From assembly GCF_009914755.1 (NCBI RefSeq), contig NC_060940.1: a stretch of DNA of 64,000 bases. The stretch is one strand, 5' to 3'. The DNA comes from the human T2T-CHM13v2.0 reference genome, Homo sapiens. The position numbers and the translations under genes were made by a program. Every line of letters starts with the position of its first letter. Within the stretch, counting starts at the first letter, position 1. The notes beneath the pieces were generated by a model. It ran no database searches. It was not told where the DNA came from and worked only from the letters and a program-made list of their open reading frames with translations. Shown here piece by piece: positions 17,050-29,692 of the stretch.

Positions 17050-17720
17050 ATCGTAGATGTGTAGTTAGAAAGTTATTGTCATGCTTGGCCCTATCATACA
17101 AAGCCCTGATGCTTTCATGGGGGAAACAGGAACCCTTTGGATGACCTGTATCAGGTCATAGAAAGCATTCTGCCTTCTAGGGAAGTGAGTTGGGATGACG
17201 ATCGATGTTTTCTTGGAGAGATGCTTTGGTCTAAGCCATGAGAGGAGGAAAGAGTAGAGGAGGGATATTTTAAGCTAAGGTGATAACAGCATGCACAACA
17301 CCCCTAGATGTGACGAGGCTGAGAAACTAGAGGAAGGGTCAGGGCAGAGATAACAGGGATAAAAGATTGGGAATTTAGGCGGAAGTCAGACAGCTCAGCA
17401 TTTTCTAAGCTTTTCTAATGATGGGGAATTTAAGAATTACTGTAACCAAAAATAACTAGCTCTCACAAGTATTGTGTAAGGTGTCTCTGGAAAACAGATT
17501 GGAGAAGACCCAGCTGGAACCAAGGATATCAGTTAGGAGATTTTCATATTAATCCAGGCTGGAGATCAGGATACAGGTGGTTCCAGTGGGAACTGAGCAA
17601 GTAGGTAGTTTTAATCAAAATTTAGAAGGAAAAATGCACCTTACTTGGTAACTGCTTGGATTTGATGGCAAAGTGGGATGTAGAGAGTGGGAGACGGAGG
17701 GGCAGGCTAGGATAACATTA
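17050..17720 (-). mobile_element. L2 fragment (degenerate)
   Basis: CAGTTAGGAGA...TAATCCAGGC...ACTTGGTAACTGCTTGGAT, L2-like. Confidence 0.55.
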
Positions 17721-17957
17721 ACAAACGTTTGCCAGACACCCAGAGCAAAGTCAGCTTTCCTCTCTGGCTCTGATACGAATGTGACCATTGTTAACTGTTT
17801 GGCACATGTGTTAACCTTAGAATGTTACCAGTGTTAACTGTTTTGCACATGTGCGTGCATATGTGTGCACATGAATGTGTGTATTTAATCTCAACTATTC
17901 TTATTTTGCCATGAAATTATTTAACACACATGTGCTGTGTGTATGTATATGTGTATA

Positions 17958-18164
17958 CACTCATCCCTCAGTGTCCACGAAGGATCCTCACTAATACCAA
18001 AATTCTGGCTTTGTGGAATCCACGTATACAAAAACTTTTCCCTCTATATTTGTAAGTTTTGCATCCCATGAAAACTGTATCTTCCATGTATGCTCAGTTG
18101 GATAAAAAATCCATATATAAGTAAGCCTGTTCAGTTCAAACTGGCGTGATCCAAGGGTCAATAG
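17958..18164. mobile_element. MER8 (TcMar-Tigger MITE)
   Basis: TTTGCATCCCATGAAAACTGTAT...AAAAATCCATATATAAGT...CAGTTCAAAC...CAAGGGTCAA matches MER8 as recalled. Confidence 0.75.
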
Positions 18165-19717
18165 TTTACGTCTACCCACACATTAACTAGTGGCTGTTTC
18201 AAGGAGGCAGACTGAGTGATTTATTTTCATGCTTCCTTCAATTTTTTCTAAGTTTTTACCATGAGAAAAAAAAAAATTTTCTCCAGAAGACCAAGAAACA
18301 ATTAGAGCTTTGAGAAGAAATTTATCTGCTGTTATTGATTTTGTTTTAGCCAAAAAAAAAAAAAAAAAGGCTAAACATAAAATACAGTGTTCGTAAACCT
18401 GGCTGGCAACCTTTCTCTGATGTTATTGTCTATTTCAGACAACGCAAAGAGGTGTATGAAACCAGAAACCTTCAGCTATGAGGAAAACAAAATAACAATC
18501 AATATATTTTGTTTCTGCTTACATTTTCTGCTAACTCCTTGTTTCCCAGCTACCAGAGAGCTGTCAACTTCAGGAATTAAATTAAAAAGTATAAAGCTGT
18601 GAATGAAAAAATCTTGGAAGTAATGAGACTACACTGAATGAAGTGGAGGCGAAAAAATGGAACACAGTAAATGGGCACCTGTATCAGTGTCATCTTTAAA
18701 TGCAAATGAAAATGTCCCAAACCTTCCTACCGCTGATACTTTGAAGCACATACAGTTCATTTTTAGCCAGGTGTATCAGTTTTGCATTGCCAAAAGTAGT
18801 AGTGGACTAAAACACCAGTCTGCTTTTCTTTTATTAAGAGATCTGTAATAAGAGAGGTTGAAAGAAATTTTGCAGTGCCAAATGAGACCCCAAGTGCAGT
18901 GCAAGATGAAGCTAGTCAATTCTGAAATATTTGAACATGTTTATTTATCTAACCCTCTATGAACCTGGGCACAGATGCTAAGTCTTCCATGTTTTATGTG
19001 GTTTCAGATGACCTCTGAAAATTACCTGTGCCATTCTAAACCACCAAATGGTTCCATTTTCCATCTGTTGTCATGCAATTGTTTTGCTTACCAGCAGCTG
19101 TCAGATGGATATTACAATGAATGCTTTCATAGCAAATGTTACAACATCAAACATAACAAGCATTGAGGATGAAGCTGATGGCACAGGGAGATACAGAGAG
19201 CTTACCAAAGGACTGGAAAGGGGGCCCTGGAGTCCGCATCAGGACACTGAGTGCCATTCCCGGAGTGCATTCAAGAGTCTAGTGCGCGCTGGTTCACAGG
19301 TGTCTCTTTTTGCCAACTCATCATAAACTCCTCAGCTGTTAATGCAGAGTCGCTTGCTGCAACAGTGACAGAGAACTGTTGGGTTGCCGGGGCTAATTGC
19401 TATTTAGCTCTTTCAGAAGGGTTAAATGCATTGGTTAGCTTGCTGAAGGTTTGGGAGATAGCTTAGGTGCGGGAGCACTCAAACCACAGGGACGTGGCTG
19501 TCCCACCTGCTCTCGTTGTTGGGGGCATTTTAACTCATCACCTGATGCTATTGGAAGTAGCTATAAAGGACAGCTGGTGGTTGCATTTATTTGGAGGCTT
19601 AATTCACCTGTTGTCTCTCTCCAGTTGTGGTTGAGGTTAGAACACTCTGACTCCTAGAATTTGTACATTCCACTAAACAAGTAATATATGATATTTTTTA
19701 AAAAAATTATTCCATGG

Positions 19718-19936
19718 ATATTTTCTCCCTTTCTGTGGTTTGTCTTTTCACATGGTTAAACATATATTTTGTTGTGTAGAAGCTTTTTCACTTGATGTGA
19801 TCCCAATTGTCCATGTTTGCTTTGGTTGCCTGTGCTTGAGGGGTATTGCTAAAGAAAATCTTTGCCCAGACTAATGTCCTGGAGATTTTCCCCAATGTTT
19901 TCTTGTAGTAGTTTCATAGTTTGAGGTCTTAGATTG
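19718..19936 (-). mobile_element. L1MA/PB ORF2 fragment
   Basis: AGAAGCTTTTTCACTTGATGTGATCCCA...TTTGCCCAGAC...GTAGTTTCATAGTTTGAGGTCTTAGAT. Confidence 0.85.
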
Positions 19937-20299
19937 AAATTTCAGTGAAAGAGATAAACATTTTGTGAAGTTATCTATGTTTGTATATGTGTGAATTCAG
20001 GTGTGCAGTTTTATTATTTTTTGCTCAAAGTGGAATACTATTTTGATTAGTACCCTCAAACCGAAATAGTATTTATGAAGTCCTTAGTGCATACTCCTGT
20101 GCTTCAAATTCTGTAGATGTTCAATAAGTATTTAAATCAATGAATGAATGAAGGGCAGTTATTTGAATGACTCCATTTTGGCTTCATGTCTTGTTTGGGG
20201 ATGTTGAGTTCAAAGTTATTACATCCAAACCAACACTAAGTAGTAATGTTAGGATGTGTCCTATAGACGTTGTTCTGTATATAGTATCAACAGAATTAT

Positions 20300-20558
20300 G
20301 TAGTGTCAGGTATGTAGCATCCGGGGTCCTACAGCCTATGTTTGAATCCTGGCTTTATGCAACAGACTAGGCAACCTGGAATGGAATGAACTACTTAGTT
20401 TTCTAATCCTGTGTTGATTATTTCAGAAAATTAGGATAATAAAAGGACTTACTCCATAGGATTGTTATGAAGTTGAATGAGAAAAATCGACTTAAATCTT
20501 TCAGCACTGCCTGTAACATATAAGCACTTGATATATCGTCGATGGTACTATTATTATT
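20300..20558 (+). mobile_element. MIR
   Basis: TTTGAATCCTGGCT...GGATAATAAAAGGACTTACTCCATAGGATTGTTATGA. Confidence 0.6.
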
Positions 20559-22554
20559 TGCCTAACATTTTGCTTTTGGGGAACACACAGCCACCAATTT
20601 CCCCTCTCAGAGATGCCACTTGACTTAGTCTCTGTTGGTCCCACCCTTAAAATTATTGAACCACGTGCTATCAGGCATATTGCAGCAAAATATGGTGCTC
20701 AGAATATCATGGCTTATGTATTTTATCTTGCTGGCAAAGAATTCTAAAAGGTTTAAAGCTTAAATTAGAGCCCACATTTAAACCGAGTTGGGAGAAATGT
20801 ACCATATGCCTCTCCATCTTGTGTGTGGTGTGACTGTAAGTGAGAGTGAATGACAACACGCCGGGGGCTCCAGCCAAAACTTGAGGCCGGCAGTCTAAAT
20901 CCAGATCGGGCAGCCTCCCAGCCTCTCCCGATTCTGTCTGCTTGTGCATTTGACCTTGACAGCCAAGGTCTGTGTGGTTCCTCTTTGCTTTCTGTCATTA
21001 ATCAGTCCTGAAGCATCTTCTAGACAGACAGCTTGGTTGGATTGAATAATGCGTCTGTGGTTTTTTTTTTTTTTTCCTTCATCTGATACAGGCATGAGTT
21101 AAACTACAGTCGCCTCCATTGCTGAACTTGGCTATTGGGCTGGGCAGTATTTTCAAGCGGTGTTTTACCTGAAAATGTTCTATAAATGAGTTCTGAATGT
21201 TGTCTTCTCCCTGTCATAGTGCCTGTGATTATGATAACCCACCCTTGTAAGCTTTCTCCTATAGCAGAAATTGTTGCCAGAGGAAGGGGAGGGATGGCAT
21301 GTCCTTTCACTGGCAAGTGAGGCCAGATTTTGACTTTGAGTCACTCTTGAGAATTTAGGGGGTGGTCACATGGTACTGTGCAACAGGAAGTGATATTTAT
21401 CATGATAAGTGATGTTTACCATGCCCCACTTTACAACTGCCGTGTATCTCAAATGTTATGAGTATACCACTGAATGCATTCTTTATTGGAGAGCAAAAAA
21501 GTTAGCACCGTATAGAGAAATATATAGTTGCTAGAACTGAGAAAGGGTAAGAAAACAAGAGTAATCTGTAATTTTTTTGTTGCATGGTCCAAAAGGCAAT
21601 TTCTGTTGCCTTTTTATGGTGATTTGGAGTTTTTAAGATGTTTTGACTTATTTAACAAGCTGGAAACTCATGGCAGAGAGAATGTTTATGACTTACCGAA
21701 AATCTTATGGAAGTTCACCACAGAGCTTTCCTTGGAATGCAGGTATCGAGACTTGATTTTCAGAATTTTGCACTAGATTTCCTAACAGAAACCTCGTGAT
21801 TTGAAGGGGGGAGAATCATCTCTGCAATTATGTCACTGCTAAGCTGACATAGTAACCAAGGGGTTAGTATCAGCCTTGGAATTCTGTAAATATGTCTTGG
21901 GACAAAGTGGTATGGAACTACATCTAGTAGATTGAGGAAGAAGGTCATGGAATTAGAACATTTCTGTTACTTCTAGGCATAATTTTCAGGACTAAGGAAT
22001 TCAGCATGAGCTGCATCTGCCTCCTGCTACCTCCTGCTCTCTCCCCTGTATCAATAACTATTAATTCTGTTTCCTTCCCCATCGCAATTTAGTTTGGAAG
22101 ATGTCAGTGCTATTTAACGCAGCGAGATCTCCCCAGCACACCCCTCGGGACCAGTCCTTGGGTGTTGGGAGGGCATTCTACCCTATTATCTGTAGGGTGG
22201 CTGTGCTTGTTCTCATGCCACATCAAAATTGGCATTGGTAGCTCGCTAATGAGTAGGTAGAGATGGGCTTGGCATTTTGTCTTCTGAAGGAACGGCAGAT
22301 AAGATGAATAATGTCATTCTTAGTTCTAGTTTTGTCTCTTCTTACTGTCTTTATTTGAGCCCCTCTACCTCCCTCATTTCTTCTTCCTTCCCTCTCCATT
22401 TTCCCCTTCCTTCCTCCCAACACCCCCACACACATGCACAGCTCACACACCGTTTTACCTATCTCTTAACTGACAGCTTTAATAAGGATGGTCACTAAGC
22501 ATCTTCTTATAATTTATGATAGAAAATGGTATGCAAACTTCAGAGATACGGTGG

Positions 22555-22765
22555 TGGAGATCCAAGTTTATATCTTGAGTCTACCATGTAACTCTCAATA
22601 TGTGCTCTAGACGCTCTGTGTCTGTTTGGTTATCTATAAATCAGCAATGATAATTGTACTGACCTCATAAGGTTGTTGGGATGAGTCAGTAAGATTATGC
22701 ATGTGAAATGCTTAGCACAGGTTGTCATGCACTAAAAGATTTCCGTAAACATTGTTTATTATCAT
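22555..22765 (+). mobile_element. MIR
   Basis: CTGACCTCATAAGGTTGTTGGGATGAG...TGAAATGCTTAGCACAG. Confidence 0.7.
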
Positions 22766-23272
22766 TAATAAAAAGCATCTTTATTGAGATCCATCTCATA
22801 AGATGCAACACCAAAGCTAATATTTCATAACAGACAAGCACTCTTTGAGTGATATATTATGTCGAAATTCAATTAAATGTCCCAACTCAGTGTGTTGGAA
22901 CTGGTAGCCTGAAAAAGTCCCATTCATCTGATGGCTGTGAAATAATGAGAATGTTTATCTTTGTTCCATGAAGAAATGTATAATTAAAGCAGTTTGTGAC
23001 GTACCTCCCGAAGATTCATCTCTAACTCTGTAATACATTTAGTGATTTCAATGCAAATGAATCGTGTTGGTGAGGCAATGTGTTCATCCTATGTCCTTAT
23101 CTGTTCTTTGAAAACCTCATCCAAGGCTCTGGGGACTCTCGCAGCAGATTGAAAATCCCCTTGCTGGCAACAGCTGATTAGACTGAGGAGAGACATGCAT
23201 GGGGCTGGCCAATCAGATTATCTCTTCGTGGGAGTTAAGAAATTTGACACAGCCCCAGTGTCCATATTCTTT

Positions 23273-23349
23273 ACATATATATACATTATATATATATATA
23301 TACACATTATATATATATACTATATATATATATATACATTATATATATA

Positions 23350-23398
<49 letters not shown>
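23273..23398. repeat. Interrupted (TA)n microsatellite, ~126 bp
   Basis: Directly visible; pure (TA)23 at 23353-23398. Confidence 0.97.
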
Positions 23399-23401
<3 letters not shown>

Positions 23402-23439
23402 CAGTGAGAAGGTTAGTAGGAAATGAACTCTAGGAGGAC

Positions 23440-23635
23440 AAGAGTTGGATAGACATTATCATTTACTGGCTAAGTGACCTAGAGCAAGTCACATAACCCT
23501 GGGAACCTCGGTTTCATCAATGGCAAAGCAAAGATGCTAATAGGGGCTACTTTTAAAAAATAAAGAATAAACACAATAAAACAGGCAAAGCATTCAGTGA
23601 CTTGGGCAGCAGTGAGTGTGCAGTAAATGCTAAAC
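23440..23635 (+). mobile_element. MIR
   Basis: TTTACTGGCTAAGTGACCTAGAGCAAGTCACATAACCC...CCTCGGTTTCATC. Confidence 0.65.
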
Positions 23636-23759
23636 ATTTTGAATTGTATTCAGCCTTCATTTTTCAGCCTGATTTTTACCTTGATTCTCACATTGAAACT
23701 GCCCATTTCTTTGGGTATTTTGGGTCTTTTCCTGTTTTACCCTCCCCACTGGGTTTGTC

Positions 23760-24890
23760 ACTGCACATCCCTCCTTCCTTTTGAAAGCTCTGTTCTTCCT
23801 TCATTCTCCTGGTAAACTTGCCGAGTCTCTGCCTCATTGTTTTCTGGCTTTTTGCATTGCCTCATCTTCCTGTGTTCACACCTAAGCGAAGTTGCTCTCC
23901 AAGGTTCTGACCTCCGCCTCTTGGCTTTCCATTGTGTTTTCTCATGGGTGACCTAATTCACACAACATGCCTCTAAGCTGATGAAGCCTAGAATCTCATT
24001 CCTGTATACTAACTGCCTCTTGGATGTGTCTTCCTGGAACTCACACATTCTAAGTAAGTGGAATTCCACATCTGGTCATCATTTCATACCGTTCCTTCCC
24101 TCATCCTCTCTCAGTTGATGGCCCTCAGGTCCTCAGTTTAGAAACTTGTTGTTCAGGCTCTGCAGCTCCCCCATCTCAACCTGAGGTCCTGCATTACCTC
24201 CTGAAGAGCCACAGAATCCAGCATTTGCCTTATTCTCACTGTTCTTTGTGACCAGTTCACCTCTCACCCAGGCTGCTGCAACGAGCTTCTAATTGGCATT
24301 TCTTCTCTTTCCCCTTCAAATCCCTCATGCTTGAAAATAAAAATTTGGTCATGCCTTTCCCCTGTTTAAGTGTTTTCAGGATTATGACCAAGCTTAGTAA
24401 CGTGACTTGTTCCTCTCTGCTCTCAGGAACACTCCTTGTTTCTCTCTTTCAAGAACAGCCTATTTACAGTTCAGTGCACGTAATGAGCCTGTACTCATTT
24501 CTCTGTCTTTATGTATGCTGCTCCCTGGACCCACCCCATTCCCTTCTACTATCTTGGCCTGAAAATGTCTACTTATCTTCTAACTCTCGATTCAGAGGCA
24601 GCCTTCCTCCAGGCATTCTTTCCCTGAGTGCCACTGGCTCTTTGTCTCATTTTCTGGGTTAGGGTTTCTTACATTCATGGGCACTCCAAATACTCTATCC
24701 CTATACATCTATCTTGATGCATAATTGTAAATACTGTTTATCTGTCCATTTTCAACTTTACGTTTCGTGTACCTTCCCTTGAGGGCAAGAGCTTTATGTT
24801 TATCTCTATCCTTAGTGATTAATATGGTATGTCATGTGTACTAGGTGCTTAATATCTGAGTGACTACTAGAATGAATGAGTGAGTAGATA
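23760..24890 (+). mobile_element. L2 fragment
   Basis: Pyrimidine-rich L2 body ending CCTTGAGGGCAAG...TAGGTGCTTAATA...GAATGAATGAG. Confidence 0.7.
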
Positions 24891-25405
24891 TGAATAGTTT
24901 TCAAGATTTTTAGGAAACCAACCCTATTTAACTTACTCTGTGATGAATCTTTTAGTTCATTCTTTTTTAATTCATGAAGTCTGCATTACTCTAGGCCAGT
25001 TTTTCCTTGCCCCCAAATCTTTCAGATACGGAATCAGAGAAACATAAGATGTTAGGGTTCACAGTTTTGCAAAATGCTGATGTAAAATACCCAGGAGCAA
25101 ACAGATGGCTTAAGAAAGGTATTAATCATACGACATATTTTCCTTTATAAAATGCCTTCTTACCTACCGCCTTTTTATCCCCATTATAGGTTTTCTTTCA
25201 TCTTGGCAATGTTTAGAGTCCGCCATCTTGCCTTGTAAGCCAGTCTTATTATAGCATTTGTGCTGTGCCTCCATTTTAACTCTTGACTTTTGTTGCTCCC
25301 ACCACACGTTCCTTAAAAGTCAATCAGGAGTTTATGTATCTTTCCGTCTTCTGGACTGAGAAAAATTTATGGCCTTTAGTAGATGCTCGTTAGGTTTGTA
25401 GAATG

Positions 25406-25774
<369 letters not shown>

Positions 25775-26014
25775 TTACTTTGAGTCACGGAAGCAGTAGC
25801 CATTTAAGAGCCTTCAAAGGGCCAGATTGAGTTTATGTGATTTAGGAATCATGATCCTAACACATCTCCAGAAAGAGATAAACGGGCTTGAGAAGAAGCA
25901 GAGCCATGCTGGGAAATAGATTGGGTGGAATTTAAATAGAAGTCTGGATTTGAAGTAAGAATCATAAAGACTAGGAGTACTTGTAATATTCATAATAAAA
26001 ATAAATCCTATGAG

Positions 26015-26250
26015 AACCATTAATTACCATACACAGTATGCTTACTATGGGCCTGGTACTGGGTCAAGTGCTTTGCATTCATTCTCACTTAGTGCTTCAA
26101 ATAGTTCTACAAGTTAGGCTTCATTGTCTCCCTTTTCAGATGCAGAAACTGAGGCCTCAAAGAGTTAATTCAGCCATTTAAGGTAACAAAGCTACCAGGA
26201 GTTTGAATTCAGGATTCCTAAGCTCGTGCTTTTTTTACCCCTGCACCAGA
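26015..26250 (-). mobile_element. MIR
   Basis: GCTTACTATGGGCCTGGTACTG...TTTTCAGATGCAGAAACTGAGGC. Confidence 0.75.
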
Positions 26251-26279
26251 GGAAGTTGTGTGCAGGTCTCTGCATCTGT

Positions 26280-26460
26280 CAAGTTACTGGATATGTTATT
26301 TTGAGCGAGTGACCTAACAGGGCTTCAGTTTCATCATCTATGAAATTGACAGGATAACATTATCTTTCAGATTTTTTGTGGGTAATTTAAATAATTTGCA
26401 GAAAACGTTTAACACATTGCATGGGATACAGTAGACAATAAATCTGGACTTTTATTAACG
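26280..26460 (+). mobile_element. MIR
   Basis: TTACTGGATATGTTATTTTGAGCGAGTGAC...CTTCAGTTTCATCATCTATGAAAT. Confidence 0.6.
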
Positions 26461-27601
26461 ATAAATAATTAGCTTCCCATTCTGAAATATTTCAATATGG
26501 ATGCGTGGCTGCGACTTAAAAAGCCAAATCCACCCCCCAAATGTGAATTATTGCCTAACTCGGTCCCTGAAACTGGAAATAGAGAAATAACATGCAATTC
26601 CAGCAGTATCAACATTATTATTTTCATTTTTTTCCTGATGCTGTCAGCTTGTTATTTGTGCTATTTCTTTGAATAATAGAATTTATTCAGGCAATTTATC
26701 CTTAATACAAGCGATATAAATGGGGCTATGCAATCCTTATATATCATGCTAATAATGTCTGGTTCATCTTTTTTTTTTTTCTCCCTGTTTACATATGGAG
26801 ACATTGATTTCCTACTCCGTCCTGTCTTTTATTACATTTTCTGCATCGAGGTCATCTCTGTCCGCTGCCTACACTGGATTCCAGTAGCTGAAGTTGTGTA
26901 ACATCATTCAGTGACATTCTTAAAGCATCTACTATGTGCTTTCTTCAAAAATGTGTGTATTAGAGTGGAATAAAAAAGAAGAAAGACATATATAATTGCT
27001 GTCCTCAGATATATGTTAAATCCATTAGTTAAAAATGTCCACCTAGCCAGTGATTTAAGGACAAATAGAAAGCTTTATATTGGGAGGTTCTGAAATAGTG
27101 TCAGTTAAATGCATGCATGTCACCAGAGGCTGTGGATACTATGCATACGTCTTATTTCTTCTTCCTCTGCACCCTCCCTCTGGTGGCCCCCAAGCATCTC
27201 TTGGTGACTCCCCAAACTGAGATTTCTAGTTCCAGTGTTTTTCTTTTTTTTTCCAAGCTTGAGACTCATATTTTATCATACGTATCTCCCACTGACCCCT
27301 GGACACCCTTCATTCGTTGTGTCTCAAACTGAAATCAATACCCCTCCACCCCATCCGCAATCTGCACCATGGTGAATCACATGTGGTTTCAGCTTACCCA
27401 TGTTGGGGACCTGCAAGCCAACACTGGGTTGCTTGTTCTATCATCCCTGCTCCACCTGAGCACAATTAATGGTTAATTCCCATCAACTAACTTCTCTATA
27501 ATTTCTTGAACTCAACCTGGTGCTTCTGTTTCCCCGCAAAGACAAAACCAGATAATAGGAACAGTAGAGGACCAGGATCACCTGTTTGGTGCACAATGAG
27601 T

Positions 27602-27960
27602 TTCTTTTTTTTTTTTTTAATTTTTATTTAAGATTCAGGGGTTCATATGTTGTTTTCTTATATAGATAAAGTCATGTCATGGGGATTCGTTGTACAGATT
27701 ATTGCGTCACCCAGGTATTAAGCCCGGTATCCAATAATTATTTTTTTCTGCTCCTCTCCCTCCTCCCACCCTCCATCCTCCACCCTCAAGTAGGACTCAG
27801 TGTCTGTTGTTCCCTTCGTGTCCATGAGTTTCCATCATTTAGCTTCCACTTGTAAGTGAGAAAAAGTGGCATTTGGTTTTCTGTCCCTGCATTAGTTTGC
27901 TAAAGATGATGGCCTCTATCTACATCCATGTTGCTGCAAAGGACATGCTTTCATTTGTGG
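27602..27960 (-). mobile_element. L1 3' end fragment (L1PA13-16-like) with complex 5' junction
   Basis: PolyT tail then L1 3'UTR (CCCTCAAGTAGG...GCTGCAAAGGACATG); followed by a duplicated local segment (see findings). Confidence 0.9.
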
Positions 27961-28126
27961 CTTTTCTAACACATTGGACCAAAAGGTCTTTAATCTCTTT
28001 CATAATAATGGCATTGAATTAACTAATACTTACCTGACGCAGATAATTTAACTTGTCTACATATTCACCTGGTCCTGTGCATTTCAGACTTTTGGGGGAA
28101 GGATGAGGGGGGTGACAGGTGAGTTC
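27957..28126 (+). repeat. Direct duplicate (copy A) of 29520-29692
   Basis: Shared blocks CACATTGGACCAAA-GGTCTTTAATCT, TAATACTTACCTGA-GCAGATAATTTAA-TTGTCTACATATTCACCTGGT, GTGCATTTCA, GATGAGGGGG. Confidence 0.9.
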
Positions 28127-29519
28127 TCATCATTTGGCAGCCACTTATAAGTGAAAACACAAGGATGATTTTTATCATGCTTCAGACAGACCTTCTGAGG
28201 TTAGCGCCAAGACAAGGGTATTGAATGTGCACACAGAAAAAGAAAAGCTAATTTGAGTAGATAAAAAGGAGAAAGAATCAGCAAGACTTGATGACAAGAT
28301 ACATTCAAGGGAATAACACATAGGCAGGAATGCTCTCTAAACATAATCAGCATATTACATGTTTTGTCTATGACTTTGTGAATGAAGCCCACGGGAGACC
28401 TTCTTAAAGAAAATAAAGAGGGAGACTCTTTTTAAGATGTTAAAATAGAGGACAATGAATGCTTTTGCGATGAGTTATCTCTGTGGAACTGTGTGACCTT
28501 GAGCATGTCAGTAACCTCTGTGGGACTTAATTCATCTTCTGAAAACAAGAGATTGGATTAGATAATTCCTAACATTCCATGCTTTTAAATAGACTTTTAT
28601 GATTAGGAATTTGGCAGGTAGAGGGGTGGAAGCATAACATTTAAAAGTTGGTGGTGATTGAGTCGAGTTAGAAGTGGGTTGAATTATTTTTGGAACTAAA
28701 GTGTACCCTTGCTGAAATATAGAATAATAATGAGTCTAGTATTAATATAGCCTGGCTTAAGTATAATACTAATATAAACAAAATTATATTGAGGGAAAAT
28801 GATGTTTATAGAGTACACCATCAAGATGAGCTCTAGAAAAAGGAAACTAAACCTTCTCTAAACAGGTTTTTTTTTCCCTATCATCCGCTTCTTTTTACAT
28901 TATCATTATGTTTTCCAGGCTGGCAGATGAATATCAAATCTGCTTTTGACTGAACATTTTTTAAATCTCTCTGATAGAATATATATATTTTTTCATTTAT
29001 GAAAAGCAAATAGGTCACGTGTTTTCTCTTCTGCAGCAAAGAAATATAGCAAAAGTTTCTATGCTCCGTTCCATTTTCTTATTGAAAAAAATATTTAATA
29101 TAAATGAAAAATATTCATTTACTTTTTGAACAAAGTTTCATCACAGATCTCTTACTCGGGAGTAAATACTGGTTAAAACAAGCTAAATGCACATTCTTAA
29201 TAATTTAAAGTCAGAGAACCAGCCATGTGTAAAATAGGTGTATGTTCACATAATTGACTACAGTATTTTGCTACATGGTTAAATGCATGATTTCCCCTAA
29301 TAGAATGCCATTGTGGTCTACATCACATTTTCTAGTTCATAAAAGTCAAATGAGCTGTGACCATAGTCTCCCAAACTTAATGGGAAGTTCATTTTGTGAC
29401 TTCTGAGTTTAAATTGTGTCTTTCCAGGATGAATCAATAGATCTAAAGCACATTAATGGATCACGTCACCAAAAGGTCTAATCCTGAGTGACTAAAATGG
29501 TAGTTCTAATTCAGATTTA

Positions 29520-29692
29520 GTGCTTTTCTAGCACATTGGACCAAAGGTCTTTAATCTGTTTAATAATATATTGGTTTTGTATTAACTAAATAATACTTAC
29601 CTGATGCAGATAATTTAAGTTGTCTACATATTCACCTGGTACCGTGCATTTCAAACTTCTTTGGGGAGAGATGAGGGGGTAGCAGATGAGTT
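29520..29692 (+). repeat. Direct duplicate (copy B, likely donor) of 27957-28126
   Basis: Same blocks as copy A, embedded in unique sequence. Confidence 0.9.

Noticed and set aside
28026-28036. U1 snRNA pseudogene (ATACTTACCTG)
   Set aside because: The match stops after 11 nt; U1 continues GCAGGGGAGATACC, which is absent in both copies.
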